Positions 35,243 to 44,846 of a stretch of DNA of 64,000 nucleotides are shown piece after piece. Origin of the DNA: Sulfuricella sp. (GTDB lineage Bacteria > Pseudomonadota > Gammaproteobacteria > Burkholderiales > Sulfuricellaceae); the NCBI GenBank assembly GCA_035530375.1, contig DATKUY010000038.1:34229-98228 (forward strand), given 5' to 3'. The notes under the pieces are model-generated. The model had not been told where the DNA came from, did not search any database, and worked only from the letters and a program-made list of their open reading frames with translations. Positions within the stretch are counted from its first letter, which is position 1. Each line of letters begins with the position of its first letter. A program made the translations under genes and the position numbers.

Positions 35243-35337
35243 ACGGACTTGATAACAAGCGATTTTTAAGGGATAATTCCGGTTTTTAAGAATTGGGCTC
35301 CCAAAAGCCGCCAGATTCCCCCCGAGGACTTTAAGCC

Positions 35338-35541
35338 ATGAAACCGGAAATTCATCCTGATTACGCCGAAATCGATGTAACCTGCAGCTGCGGCACCAAG
35401 TTCAAGACCCGCTCTACCATGAGCAAAGCACTGAACATCGAAGTCTGCTCAATGTGCCACCCGTTCTACACCGGCAAACAAAAAACCATAGACACCGCCG
35501 GCCGCGTCGAGAAATTCCGTCAGAAATACGGCATGAAGTAA
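35338..35541 (+). CDS. rpmE: 50S ribosomal protein L31 (Cys-containing form)
   Basis: 67 aa: MKPEIHPDY...CSCG...[13 protein letters not shown]. Confidence 0.95.
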   Translation: MKPEIHPDYAEIDVTCSCGTKFKTRSTMSKALNIEVCSMCHPFYTGKQKTIDTAGRVEKFRQKYGMK

Positions 35542-35564
35542 TCTTGACACATCGCAGTGACATC

Positions 35565-35590
35565 AAAGGCAGCTTGAGGCTGCCTTTTTT
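35565..35590 (+). terminator. Intrinsic terminator of rpmE
   Basis: AAAGGCAGC-ttga-GGCTGCCTTTTTTG. Confidence 0.75.
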
Positions 35591-35605
35591 GTTTATGTAC
35601 ACTAG

Positions 35606-35660
35606 CCCGTATGTTTCATGAATTCGCGCGATGATCGCGCGAATTCATGAAACATACGGG
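35606..35660. repeat. Perfect 55-bp palindrome (27-bp arms, 1-nt centre)
   Basis: CCCGTATGTTTCATGAATTCGCGCGAT-g-ATCGCGCGAATTCATGAAACATACGGG. Checked base by base. Confidence 0.9.
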
Positions 35661-35684
35661 TTGGTTGGTTTAAAATACTCCGCC

Positions 35685-37139
35685 ATGAAACTCTCTCGCG
35701 CTTTCAGATTGGTTGTCGGCCTGCTCTGCCTGGCCCTGCTGGCCAACTGCGCGGTCAACCCGGTTACCGGGCGGCAAAACTTCGTCACGATGTCCGAAAG
35801 CGACGAGATCCGCACCGGCAAGCAGGCCGATGCGGACGTTCGCAAGGAATACGGGGTATATGACAACCCGGCGCTACAACGCTATGTCAACGATATCGGG
35901 CAACGCCTCGCACGCAAAAGCCACCGCGCCAACCTGGAATACCACTTCACCATCGTCGACAGCCCGGAAATCAACGCCTTCGCATTACCCGGCGGCTATA
36001 TCTATATCACCCGCGGCATCATGGCTTACCTCAGTTCAGAGGCCGAACTGGCCGCTGTGCTGGGGCATGAAATCGGCCATGTCACCGCGCGTCACGCCGT
36101 GCGACAACAAAGTGCGTCAATGGCCGCCGGCATCGGCATAGCGCTGGGCTCGATTCTGGTGCCGGATTTGCGCTCGCAGGGCGCGCAGGATCTGCTCAAC
36201 CAATTCGGCAATGCACTGATATCCGGTTACGGGCGCGATCACGAACTGGAGGCTGACCGCCTGGGCGCGGAATATCTGGCGCGCGCGGGCTACGATCCGC
36301 AGGCGATGGTGAAGGTGATCGGTATCCTGAAAAACCAGGAATTGTTCGACGCCCAGATCGCCCGTGAGGAGGGCCGCGAACCGATGCACTACCACGGCCT
36401 GTTCGCCACCCACCCGGACAACGATACCAGGCTCAAGGAGGTGGTCAGCGAAGCTGACCGCCTGGCTCAGCCCGGAGCCGACGATCACCAGGCCGCCTAC
36501 CTGGCACAGATCAACGGGCTGGTTTTCGGCGACAGCCCAAGCCAGGGCATCGCTCGCGGCAACCGGTTCCTGCACGGGGAGTTGGGCTTCGCGCTGGATT
36601 TCCCTCCTGGCTGGAAGATCAAGAACCAGCCCGACAAGGTCGTTGCGTCAAGCCCAGGTAATGATGCGCTGATCGAACTGCAAATGGCCGGTCCGGCGCG
36701 CGGCGCCCCAGCGGATTTCCTGCGCCGCAATATCCGGCTGGACGCCGGCAGCGAACTGGACACCTCTCCGATCAACGGTCTGCCCGCCGCCGTCATCAGC
36801 GGCACCCGCCAAGGCAAGCCGATCAGGGCCGGCGCCGTTTACCTCAAGGAAAAAACTTTCGTTTTGGCCGCCACTGCGAAATCCCCCGCCATTTACAACC
36901 GCTACCGGGAATCCATGTCCGCCACGATTACCAGTTTTCACGTCCTGCAGGATACCGAGCGCAAACTGGCAAAGCCCATGCTTGTCCGCACCCGCCCCGC
37001 CAAAAAAGGGGAAACCTTCGCCAATCTGGCGCTCCTGACCCCCCTCGGCAAAAATGCCGATGGCTACCTGCGCCTGATGAACCACGCCTACCCCACTGGC
37101 GAACTGCGGCCAGGGCAATTACTTAAAACAATAGAATAA
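35685..37139 (+). CDS. M48-family zinc metalloprotease, probable lipoprotein
   Basis: ATG 35685 is preferred. The signal MKLSRAFRLVVGLLCLALLANC has a lipobox-like Cys. The zinc motif is LGHEIGHVTARH. Confidence 0.85.
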   Translation: MKLSRAFRLVVGLLCLALLANCAVNPVTGRQNFVTMSESDEIRTGKQADADVRKEYGVYDNPALQRYVNDIGQRLARKSHRANLEYHFTIVDSPEINAFALPGGYIYITRGIMAYLSSEAELAAVLGHEIGHVTARHAVRQQSASMAAGIGIALGSILVPDLRSQGAQDLLNQFGNALISGYGRDHELEADRLGAEYLARAGYDPQAMVKVIGILKNQELFDAQIAREEGREPMHYHGLFATHPDNDTRLKEVVSEADRLAQPGADDHQAAYLAQINGLVFGDSPSQGIARGNRFLHGELGFALDFPPGWKIKNQPDKVVASSPGNDALIELQMAGPARGAPADFLRRNIRLDAGSELDTSPINGLPAAVISGTRQGKPIRAGAVYLKEKTFVLAATAKSPAIYNRYRESMSATITSFHVLQDTERKLAKPMLVRTRPAKKGETFANLALLTPLGKNADGYLRLMNHAYPTGELRPGQLLKTIE

Positions 37140-37151
37140 AGCCATTACTCC

Positions 37152-38804
37152 ATGAATCAACCCACAACCCACAGCTTCTCCGGCAACCGCTCGACCTTGT
37201 TAATGCTGGCGGCGCTTTGCCTTGCCTGGATAGTCCCCGGCCTGATCGGCCATGAGCCATGGAAACCCGACGAAGCTTACAGCTTCGGGCTGGTTTACCA
37301 TATCCTGCGGAGCGGCGATTGGATCGTGCCGACATTGGGCGGCGAACCGTTCATGGAAAAACCGCCTTTGTACTACATCAGCGCGGCATTATTCGGAAAA
37401 ATGTTTTCACCCCTGCTTCCGCCGCAAGATGCAGCGCGCCTGGCCACCGGATTTTTCATGGCGCTCACGCTGCTGTTCACCGGTATCACAGGCAGGGCGC
37501 TATGGGGAAAAGGCCATGGACGCCTCACCGTGCTGATTCTGATCGGCTGCCTCGGACTGCTGATCCGCGGTCATGAAATGATCACCGACATTGCGCTACT
37601 GACCGGCTTCGCCGTGGCTATCTACGGATTCGCCCTGAGCCGACGGAGCGCCCTGCTGGCGGGCTTCTGGCTCGGCACCGGCACCGGCATCGGGTTCATG
37701 TCCAAGGGGTTGCTGGCGCCGGGAATAATCGGAATGACAGCCCTGTTGCTGCCGATCCTGTTCCGCAGTTGGCGCAGCAGGAGTTATGCCTCCTGCCTGG
37801 CTGTCGCGTTTTTCGCGATCATGCCCTGGCTTGTCGTCTGGCCCACCCTCCTCTATCTGCGCTCACCGGACCTTTTCATGAAATGGTTCTGGATCAACAA
37901 TCTGGGACGATTCTTCGGCTTCGCCCATCTCGGCCCCGGCAACGGCCACTGGCATTATTTCGAAATCCTGCCCTGGTTCGCCTGGCCGGCACTGCCGATC
38001 GGGCTGTGGACATTGTGGCACGGCGGACGCGCCGGCCTGAAGCGCCCCGAAATCCAACTTTCTCTCACCCTCTTTCTGGTCATGCTGGCGGTGCTGAGTG
38101 CAGCTTCCGACGCGCGCGAGGTGTATGCCCTGCCGATGCTGCTGCCGCTTTCCCTGCTCGCCGCACCGGGTGTCGCCAGCCTGCGGCGTGGTGCGGCCAG
38201 CGCGCTGAACTGGTTCAGCATCATGACCTTCGGCTTCTTTGCCGGACTGTTCTGGTTCTTCTGGTTCGCCCTGGTCAGCGGCCACCCCGCAGCCCGGGCC
38301 GAGCACCTGCGAGAATTGCAGCCCGGCTACACCCCGACCTTCGAACCGCTGCATTTCGCAATCGCCCTGCTCGCGACCATCGCCTGGCTAATCATCGTGT
38401 TCCGGGTAAAATCCCTGCCCCGCAACCCACGCACGGTGATCAACTGGGCCGCCGGCATCACCCTGGTTTGGATCATGATCATGACGCTTTGGCTGCCCTG
38501 GCTCGATGCGGGAAAAAGCTACCGCGCCATGATCGCCTCTCTGCAGCGGTCGCTGCCTGCCCAGCACAAGTGCATCTCCAGCAGCAGCCTGGGCGAGCCG
38601 CAACGCGCCTTGCTGGAGTACTACGCCGGCATCGTCACCCGGCGCACTGAAGTTTACGAGGGCATCGAATGTGATTTACTGCTGGCTCAAGGCAATGCCA
38701 ATGATCCGGATACTCTTCCCGGCCCGGAATGGCGAAAGATTTGGGAGGGCAACCGGCCCGGAGACAAATCGGAGCGCTACCGCCTGTTCCAGCGCACGCC
38801 TTAA
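37152..38804 (+). CDS. ArnT/PMT-like glycosyltransferase (GT39/GT83-type, polytopic membrane protein)
   Basis: 550 aa. N-terminal motif GHEPWKPDEAYSFG...GEPFMEKPPLYY. More than 10 TM helices. Confidence 0.8.
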   Translation: MNQPTTHSFSGNRSTLLMLAALCLAWIVPGLIGHEPWKPDEAYSFGLVYHILRSGDWIVPTLGGEPFMEKPPLYYISAALFGKMFSPLLPPQDAARLATGFFMALTLLFTGITGRALWGKGHGRLTVLILIGCLGLLIRGHEMITDIALLTGFAVAIYGFALSRRSALLAGFWLGTGTGIGFMSKGLLAPGIIGMTALLLPILFRSWRSRSYASCLAVAFFAIMPWLVVWPTLLYLRSPDLFMKWFWINNLGRFFGFAHLGPGNGHWHYFEILPWFAWPALPIGLWTLWHGGRAGLKRPEIQLSLTLFLVMLAVLSAASDAREVYALPMLLPLSLLAAPGVASLRRGAASALNWFSIMTFGFFAGLFWFFWFALVSGHPAARAEHLRELQPGYTPTFEPLHFAIALLATIAWLIIVFRVKSLPRNPRTVINWAAGITLVWIMIMTLWLPWLDAGKSYRAMIASLQRSLPAQHKCISSSSLGEPQRALLEYYAGIVTRRTEVYEGIECDLLLAQGNANDPDTLPGPEWRKIWEGNRPGDKSERYRLFQRTP

Positions 38805-38829
38805 TCAACAGATCGAGAGTTAACCTCGC

Positions 38830-39429
38830 ATGACGACCGGACAACCCAAAATCTCCGCTGTCATCCTGGCAGGCGGCCAAGCCCGGCGCATGGGCGGTAC
38901 CGACAAGGGGCTGACGCTTCTGGGAGGCCGCCCCCTGATCGCATGGGTGCTGGAATGCATCGCACCGCAGGTAGACGAACTGTTCATCAGTGCCAACCGC
39001 AATCTCGACCAATACCGCCAATTCGGCCGACCGGTGCTGACGGATATCTCGCCGGATTTCCAGGGGCCTCTCGCCGGACTATGCCGCGCCATGGCCGAAG
39101 CGACTCACCCGCTGATTCTGTGCGCGCCGTGCGACACTCCATTTCTGCCCCACGATCTGGTCGGACGATTGGCAAACGCGCTTGATGAAAGCGGCGCGGA
39201 TATTGCCCTACCTGTTTGCGGCGGACAGATCCATCGCGCAGCCTGTTTGTGCCACCGCAACCTTCTGTCCGGCCTGGTGCATTTCATCGGCCAGGGTGGC
39301 CGCCGAGTCGGCGAATGGCAAGCTGGGCTTCGCCGTATCGAGGTGCCATTCGAGGATGAACACGCATTTCTCAACCTCAATACCGTGGATGAACTGGCCG
39401 CCAGCGAAAAACGAATCAATGCCGGGTAG
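38830..39429 (+). CDS. mobA: Molybdenum cofactor guanylyltransferase
   Basis: 199 aa. VILAGGQARRMGGTDKGL and CAPCDTPFLP. Confidence 0.9.
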   Translation: MTTGQPKISAVILAGGQARRMGGTDKGLTLLGGRPLIAWVLECIAPQVDELFISANRNLDQYRQFGRPVLTDISPDFQGPLAGLCRAMAEATHPLILCAPCDTPFLPHDLVGRLANALDESGADIALPVCGGQIHRAACLCHRNLLSGLVHFIGQGGRRVGEWQAGLRRIEVPFEDEHAFLNLNTVDELAASEKRINAG

Positions 39430-39574
39430 AACGGGTGGGCAACCGTCTTTAGAAGGGTCCTTTACTTGTTAAAAATGATCCTCCGCACGCGCATAGAAAT
39501 AAAAAAAACCCGACAGGAAATTTGCCGGGCTTTCTGGGGATACGACGCATCCCATGATATTTATGAGAGGCCCT

Positions 39575-40567
39575 CTAGCTATCCGATGCGGAGTTGGCCG
39601 CCACGACGGTTTTCCATCCCTTTTTTGGCGTATTGAACATGGCCGCGCGAAGCTTGGCGCCACGGCTGCTTTCCATCCATTTCTTGATGCGCTGGGCATC
39701 ACCGATACGCGACTGCTTGCCCCAGGAATCAAGCAACACGATAATCATCGGCTGATTGGCGATGCTTGCCTGCATCACCAGACAATGCCCCGCCTCGTTG
39801 ATAAACCCGGTTTTGGAAAGTCCGATATCCCAAGCCTTGTTTCGCACCAGCATGTTGGTATTTTTGAATTGCATACGCAATGATTTGCCCCGCATCGCCA
39901 CATCATAGGAACCCGTGGTGGTGATATCGCGGATCAGGGGATAACTGTATGCAGCGTTCACCATTTTCACCAGGTCCTGGGCGGTCGAGGTGTTGTCGCA
40001 GTTGAGGCCGGTGGAATCCACGAAGTGGGTATGCTTCATGTTGAGGCTGTCTGCCTTGCGGTTCATGGCGGCGACAAAGGCAGGGAATCCGCCCGGATAA
40101 GCATGGGCCAAGGCGGCGGCGGCGCGATTTTCAGAAGACATCAGAGCCAGTTGCAGAGCCAGACGGCGGCTGAGCGTCACGCCAACCTTGAGTCTGGAAT
40201 GTGTACCTTTCAGCGAGTCCCTGTCTTCGCTACTGATGGAAATTTTTTCGTCAAGGGGCAGTTGTGCATCCAGCACCACCATCGCCATCATCAGCTTGGT
40301 GATGGAAGCAATTGGCGTGCGCACATCGGTATTCTTGCCAAGCAGCGTGCGACCGGTCTTCTGGTCCACCACCATTGCCGACGACGAACGCAGGTTAAGA
40401 CCGGAATGACGAAAGACGGCAGGCGTGTCGCTATTTTCCGGCTGCGGCTCGGACGGAGACACAATACCCGTAGTCGGTTCAGTCTGGCCTTGCACCGTGC
40501 CAGTTTCGCCAGCCATGGCTACGGATGCCGCCAGCAATGCGCACCCTGCTATCCAGTTTAACTGCAT
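39575..40567 (-). CDS. D-alanyl-D-alanine endopeptidase/carboxypeptidase (S11 family, PbpG-like)
   Basis: ATG 40565-40567 is preferred, with GGAGGG upstream. Signal peptide MQLNWIAGCALLAASVAMA. SxxK motif ASITKLM, SEN motif SSEN, and KTG motif LSKTGF. Confidence 0.85.
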   Translation of the reverse strand: MQLNWIAGCALLAASVAMAGETGTVQGQTEPTTGIVSPSEPQPENSDTPAVFRHSGLNLRSSSAMVVDQKTGRTLLGKNTDVRTPIASITKLMMAMVVLDAQLPLDEKISISSEDRDSLKGTHSRLKVGVTLSRRLALQLALMSSENRAAAALAHAYPGGFPAFVAAMNRKADSLNMKHTHFVDSTGLNCDNTSTAQDLVKMVNAAYSYPLIRDITTTGSYDVAMRGKSLRMQFKNTNMLVRNKAWDIGLSKTGFINEAGHCLVMQASIANQPMIIVLLDSWGKQSRIGDAQRIKKWMESSRGAKLRAAMFNTPKKGWKTVVAANSASDS

Positions 40568-40745
40568 GTTCCCTCCCCAAGGCCAAGACTCAAAGCTCTG
40601 CTGGCAAAAAGTGTATACCATGTTACCAGCGAATGTAAAACCATTTTCTAGATATATCGGCTTATCGCCATAATTTATTTAGGTAAATTTAAAAAAATAT
40701 TCCCAAAAAAACCTGAAGCCATAAATCATTCATGATATCCGGGGC

Positions 40746-41996
40746 CTATTTCATCCGCGCCACCATCTCCCGACCAAAGGCCGAACAGGAAACCTGGGTT
40801 GCACCTTCCATCAATCTGGCGAAATCATAGGTCACATTTTTCGCCAGGATCGCCCGCTCCATCGACTTGACGATCAGATCCGCCGCTTCGAGCCATCCCA
40901 TGTAGCGCAACATCATTTCCGCAGACAGGATGATCGAACCGGGATTGACATAATCCTTGCCGGCATACTTCGGCGCAGTGCCGTGAGTCGCCTCGAACAT
41001 CGCCACATTATCGGAAAGGTTGGCGCCCGGCGCAATGCCGATACCACCAACCTGAGCCGCCAGGGCATCGGAAATATAATCGCCGTTCAGGTTCAGGGTG
41101 GCGATTACATCGTAATCCTCGGGCCGTAAAAGAATCTGCTGCAGGAAAGCGTCGGCGATCACGTCCTTGATCACGATGCCACCGAAATTATCCGCCAGTT
41201 TCATCCATGGCCCGCCGTCCAGCAGCTCGGCGCCGAATTCGCGCCGGGCCAGCTCATAGCCCCACTTTTTGAAACCACCCTCGGTGAATTTCATGATGTT
41301 GCCCTTGTGTACCAACGTTACCGACCTGCGCTTATTGTCGATGGCATACTGAATGGCCTTGCGCACCAGACGCTCGGTGCCTTCAATGGATACCGGCTTG
41401 ATGCCGATCGAAGAGGAGTCGGGGAAGCGGATTTTCTTCACGCCCATTTCCTGCTGCAAAAACCGGATGACTTTTTTCACTTCCGGCGAACCGGCTTCCC
41501 ATTCCACGCCGGCGTAAATGTCCTCGGTGTTTTCGCGGAAGATCACCATATCGGTCTTCTCAGGTGTTTTCACCGGACTGGGCACGCCCTGGAAATAGCG
41601 CACCGGACGCAGGCAGACATAAAGATCGAGCTGCTGGCGCAACGCCACGTTGAGCGAGCGGATGCCGCCCGACACCGGCGTGGTCAGCGGGCCCTTGATC
41701 GACACCACATAATCCCTCAGCGCCTGGACGGTTTCCTCGGGCAGCCAGGTATCGGGGTCGTAAACCCTGGTTGCTTTCTCGCCGGCATAGATTTCCATCC
41801 AGGCAATCTTGCGCTTGCCGCCATAGGCTTGGTCCACCGCCGCATCCACCACCTTGCGCATCACCGGAGTGATATCCACGCCCGTGCCGTCACCCTCGAT
41901 AAAGGGGATAATCGGATTGACCGGAACATTCAGGGAAAAATCGGCGTTAACCGTGATTTTGCTGCCTTGGGGTGGCACTTGAAATTTTTGCGTCAT
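40746..41996 (-). CDS. icd: NADP-dependent isocitrate dehydrogenase
   Basis: 416 aa. [35 protein letters not shown]. Confidence 0.95.
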   Translation of the reverse strand: MTQKFQVPPQGSKITVNADFSLNVPVNPIIPFIEGDGTGVDITPVMRKVVDAAVDQAYGGKRKIAWMEIYAGEKATRVYDPDTWLPEETVQALRDYVVSIKGPLTTPVSGGIRSLNVALRQQLDLYVCLRPVRYFQGVPSPVKTPEKTDMVIFRENTEDIYAGVEWEAGSPEVKKVIRFLQQEMGVKKIRFPDSSSIGIKPVSIEGTERLVRKAIQYAIDNKRRSVTLVHKGNIMKFTEGGFKKWGYELARREFGAELLDGGPWMKLADNFGGIVIKDVIADAFLQQILLRPEDYDVIATLNLNGDYISDALAAQVGGIGIAPGANLSDNVAMFEATHGTAPKYAGKDYVNPGSIILSAEMMLRYMGWLEAADLIVKSMERAILAKNVTYDFARLMEGATQVSCSAFGREMVARMK

Positions 41997-42029
41997 GTCT
42001 ACTCCGGGCCAGTCCTATATAATATTTCC

Positions 42030-42572
42030 ATGAGCCGCCTAATCCTGTTCAACAAGCCTTTTGGCGTCATCACCCAATTCAGCAGCGACGGCAAGCATGC
42101 CACGCTGAAAGACTTTATACCGCTGCCCGGCGTCTATCCGGCGGGGCGCCTAGATACCGACAGCGAAGGGTTGCTTATTTTAACCGATGACGGGCCTTTG
42201 CAACACCGCATTAGCGATCCTCGCCATAAGCTGCCCAAAACCTACTGGGTACAGGTGGAAGGAATTCCTGATGAAGCCGCACTGGAACGACTCAGGCACG
42301 GCGTCGACCTGAACGATTTCGTCACCCGCCCGGCCCAGGCGCGCGTCATCGACGAACCCGACGAGCTGTGGCCACGCACACCGCCGATCCGCTTCCGCAA
42401 AAACATCCCCACCAGCTGGATTGAGCTGGTTATCCAGGAAGGCAAGAACCGTCAGGTACGCCGCATGACCGCAAAAATCGGCATGCCCACCCTGCGCCTG
42501 ATCCGCTGGCGCATTGGCGACTGGGATCTTGATGGCTTGGCACCGGGAGAGTGGCGGGAAATTAATGTTTGA
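42030..42572 (+). CDS. rluE: 23S rRNA pseudouridine synthase (RluE-like)
   Basis: ATG 42030 gives [13 protein letters not shown]...[18 protein letters not shown]...GKNRQVRRM. The upstream part of the track ORF is antisense to icd. Confidence 0.88.
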   Translation: MSRLILFNKPFGVITQFSSDGKHATLKDFIPLPGVYPAGRLDTDSEGLLILTDDGPLQHRISDPRHKLPKTYWVQVEGIPDEAALERLRHGVDLNDFVTRPAQARVIDEPDELWPRTPPIRFRKNIPTSWIELVIQEGKNRQVRRMTAKIGMPTLRLIRWRIGDWDLDGLAPGEWREINV

Positions 42573-42679
42573 AAATAACTTCAGCAAGGCTGTCAACCGG
42601 GCCAACAATCAGTCGTTATTGGATGTGACACGCAAATCGTGTCAATTGAATTCAACCTTAACTAGTTAAAGGAATTAAA

Positions 42680-42895
42680 ATGAGCAAACTGTTGTCCGCC
42701 CTGATCGCCGCTGCTTTCGCTGCCGTTACTTTCTCCGCTGTTGCTGCTGATGCTGCCGCTCCTGCTGCCGAAGCTCCTAAGGCTGAAGCTGCCAAGCCGG
42801 CCAAGAAAGCCAAGCATGCCAAGAAAGCCAAGCATGCCAAGAAAGAAAAGAAAGAAGAAGCCGCTCCTGCTGCTGAAGCCGCTCCTGCCAAGTAA
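42680..42895 (+). CDS. Small secreted Lys/Ala/Glu-rich low-complexity protein (paralog 1)
   Basis: 71 aa. AGGAA Shine-Dalgarno. Signal peptide MSKLLSALIAAAFAAVTFSAVAADA. Mature part rich in KKAKHAKK repeats. Followed by an intrinsic terminator. Confidence 0.7.
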   Translation: MSKLLSALIAAAFAAVTFSAVAADAAAPAAEAPKAEAAKPAKKAKHAKKAKHAKKEKKEEAAPAAEAAPAK

Positions 42896-42910
42896 TCTCG
42901 GCATAGCAAT

Positions 42911-42942
42911 AAAAAAGGCAGGGTTCGCCCTGCCTTTTTTAT
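42911..42942 (+). terminator. Intrinsic terminator
   Basis: AAAAAAGGCAGGG-ttcg-CCCTGCCTTTTTT. Confidence 0.8.
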
Positions 42943-43111
42943 TGCGTTTCTACCCACGCAACGGCAAAAAAAACCGTATCTGGTAAAAAAACATTCCATC
43001 TTGTCAACCCCATGGAAGACTTATACGTTATACTTCCAACGCCGTGAATTTTACGGTGTTAAATCAAACCATTAATTTCGATTTATTAAGTTAAATAACA
43101 GGGAATCCAAA

Positions 43112-43342
43112 ATGAACAAATTGCTGACCGCATTGATCGCCGCTTTCGCCGCTGTTTCTTTCTCCGCTGTTGCTGCTGACGCTGCTAAAGCCACCAAAAC
43201 TGAAGCCAAGGTGGAAGCTAAGGCAGAAGCCAAGGTAGAGGCCAAGAAAGACGAAGCCAAAAAAGACGACAAAGCTGCCAAAAAAGGCGCCAAGAAAGGC
43301 GCCAAGAAAGAAGAGAAAAAAGACGACAAAGCTGCCAAGTAA
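43112..43342 (+). CDS. Small secreted Lys/Ala/Glu-rich low-complexity protein (paralog 2)
   Basis: 76 aa. Signal peptide MNKLLTALIAAFAAVSFSAVAADA is nearly identical to that of paralog 1. Mature part has KVEAKAEAK and KKGAKKGAKK repeats. Followed by a terminator. Confidence 0.7.
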   Translation: MNKLLTALIAAFAAVSFSAVAADAAKATKTEAKVEAKAEAKVEAKKDEAKKDDKAAKKGAKKGAKKEEKKDDKAAK

Positions 43343-43361
43343 TTTTTACTTCGCATCATCT

Positions 43362-43395
43362 AAAAAGGCAGGGCGCAAGTCCTGCCTTTTTTATT
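43362..43395. terminator. Intrinsic terminator shared by convergent genes
   Basis: AAAAAGGCAGG-gcgcaagt-CCTGCCTTTTTT. It overlaps the queE stop codon. Confidence 0.8.
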
Positions 43396-44038
43396 TTCCC
43401 CGCCCATCGCCCCATAACAGCTTGTGCAACTGGATTTGCAGCCGTACGGGCAGGTTGTCGCGCAGCATCCATTCTGCCAGCACAGTCGGTTCAAGCTGAC
43501 CTTGCGATGCCGACAACAGCACTTGGCAATGATCGGCGATATGCCTCTCGCCAAGCACCTGTTTCATCCACAGATAATCCTCTTCGCCGCACAGCACGAA
43601 CTTCACTTCATCCTGCGGTGTCAGACATTCCAGATTTTCCCAGCGGTTTCTTTCGGATTCGCCCGAGCCCGGCGTTTTGATATCAAGTATCCTGGAAACG
43701 CGCGGATCGACATTGGAGATATCCAGTGCGCCGCCGGTTTCCAGCGACACCGCATAGCCCGCATCGCATAGCTGCCGCAGCAGTACCAGACAATTCTTCT
43801 GAGCCAGCGGCTCGCCGCCGGTCACCGTGACATAGCGCGCATGATATTGCGCCACCTTGCCGAGAATTTCCGGCAATTCCAGTATTTCCCCTTCCTGAAA
43901 GGCGTAGGAGGTATCACAGTAGCTGCAGCGTAGCGGGCAACCGGTCAGGCGGACGAACACCGTGGGCAAACCGACGCGGCTGGTTTCACCCTGCAGGGAA
44001 TAGAATATTTCGTTGACGCGCAGCGTGGGCAGAGGCAC
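43391..44038 (-). CDS. queE: 7-carboxy-7-deazaguanine synthase (radical SAM)
   Basis: The track ORF reaches 44173, but that part overlaps cpoB. GTG 44036-44038 gives (M)PLPTLRVNEIFYSLQGETSRVG...LTGCPLRCSYCDT, 215 aa. Confidence 0.88.
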   Translation of the reverse strand: MPLPTLRVNEIFYSLQGETSRVGLPTVFVRLTGCPLRCSYCDTSYAFQEGEILELPEILGKVAQYHARYVTVTGGEPLAQKNCLVLLRQLCDAGYAVSLETGGALDISNVDPRVSRILDIKTPGSGESERNRWENLECLTPQDEVKFVLCGEEDYLWMKQVLGERHIADHCQVLLSASQGQLEPTVLAEWMLRDNLPVRLQIQLHKLLWGDGRGK

Positions 44039-44045
44039 TGACTGG

Positions 44046-44843
44046 CTATTTGATCTTGGCAAGGCGATTCTTGGCCAGAACCGCCGCATTGCTGAGTGGA
44101 TATTTCGCCACGATGCTTTCCAGCGTTTTCCTTGCTGCTGCCGTATCGCCCAGCCCCTGCTGGCAACTGGCAATATTCAGCAGCGCATCCGGCACCTTGG
44201 CGCTATCGGGAAACTGGCTGGCCAGTTTCTGCTGGCTGGCAATCGCATTTTTATAATCGCGCAGGTTAAAGTAGGAATTGCCGATCCAGTAATGCGCGCT
44301 GGGAGCTAACTGGCCGTTGGGATAGGCGCTGATGAAGCGCTGAAAACCGGCGATGGCGCCCTGGTAATTTCCTGCCCTGAATAAAGCCAGAGCGGCATCA
44401 TATTCTTGAGGCTCATCAACAGTATCTGTGCCGGCGGCCGGAGCCACCTGCGTCGGATCAGGAGCCGCCTGCTTGCCGGGATTGGCCTGAACCGGCGTTT
44501 CCGAAACAGGTCCGCCAACGCGCTCCAGCTTGCGCAAGCGATTATCGAGATCGACATACAGATCGCGTTGCCGCTTCTGCGTGGTTTCGATGTCGTGGGT
44601 CTGTACTTCAATCTGTCCGCGCAGCGTGGCCAGATCAGACTTGAGCGCGTCCAGCTGGGACAACAGCCCCACACCCTGGGATCGCGAAGTATTCTCCATT
44701 TGCGCAACGCGCTCCTCCATCCCCTGAATCTGCTGCTGCAACGCAGCAATTTTCTGGCGGGCTTCATCGTCCGAGAACAGCCCGGCAGAACACAGCGAAA
44801 CACCGCCAAGGAACAGGATCAGGAAAAGCGCGAGGCGACGCAC
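44046..44843 (-). CDS. cpoB: Tol-Pal system protein CpoB/YbgF
   Basis: 265 aa with a signal peptide, a coiled coil and C-terminal TPR repeats. It lies downstream of pal. Confidence 0.9.
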   Translation of the reverse strand: MRRLALFLILFLGGVSLCSAGLFSDDEARQKIAALQQQIQGMEERVAQMENTSRSQGVGLLSQLDALKSDLATLRGQIEVQTHDIETTQKRQRDLYVDLDNRLRKLERVGGPVSETPVQANPGKQAAPDPTQVAPAAGTDTVDEPQEYDAALALFRAGNYQGAIAGFQRFISAYPNGQLAPSAHYWIGNSYFNLRDYKNAIASQQKLASQFPDSAKVPDALLNIASCQQGLGDTAAARKTLESIVAKYPLSNAAVLAKNRLAKIK

Positions 44844-44846
44844 GGC

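Noticed and set aside
35631-35684. Upstream ATG for the M48 protease (track ORF start 35631)
   Set aside because: That ATG lies inside the 55-bp palindrome and adds 18 residues before a classical lipoprotein-type signal peptide. ATG 35685 is the more plausible start.
41307-42029. Long N-terminal extension of the rluE ORF (track ORF 41307-42572)
   Set aside because: The extension is antisense to icd. The pseudouridine synthase homology begins at ATG 42030 ([13 protein letters not shown]).
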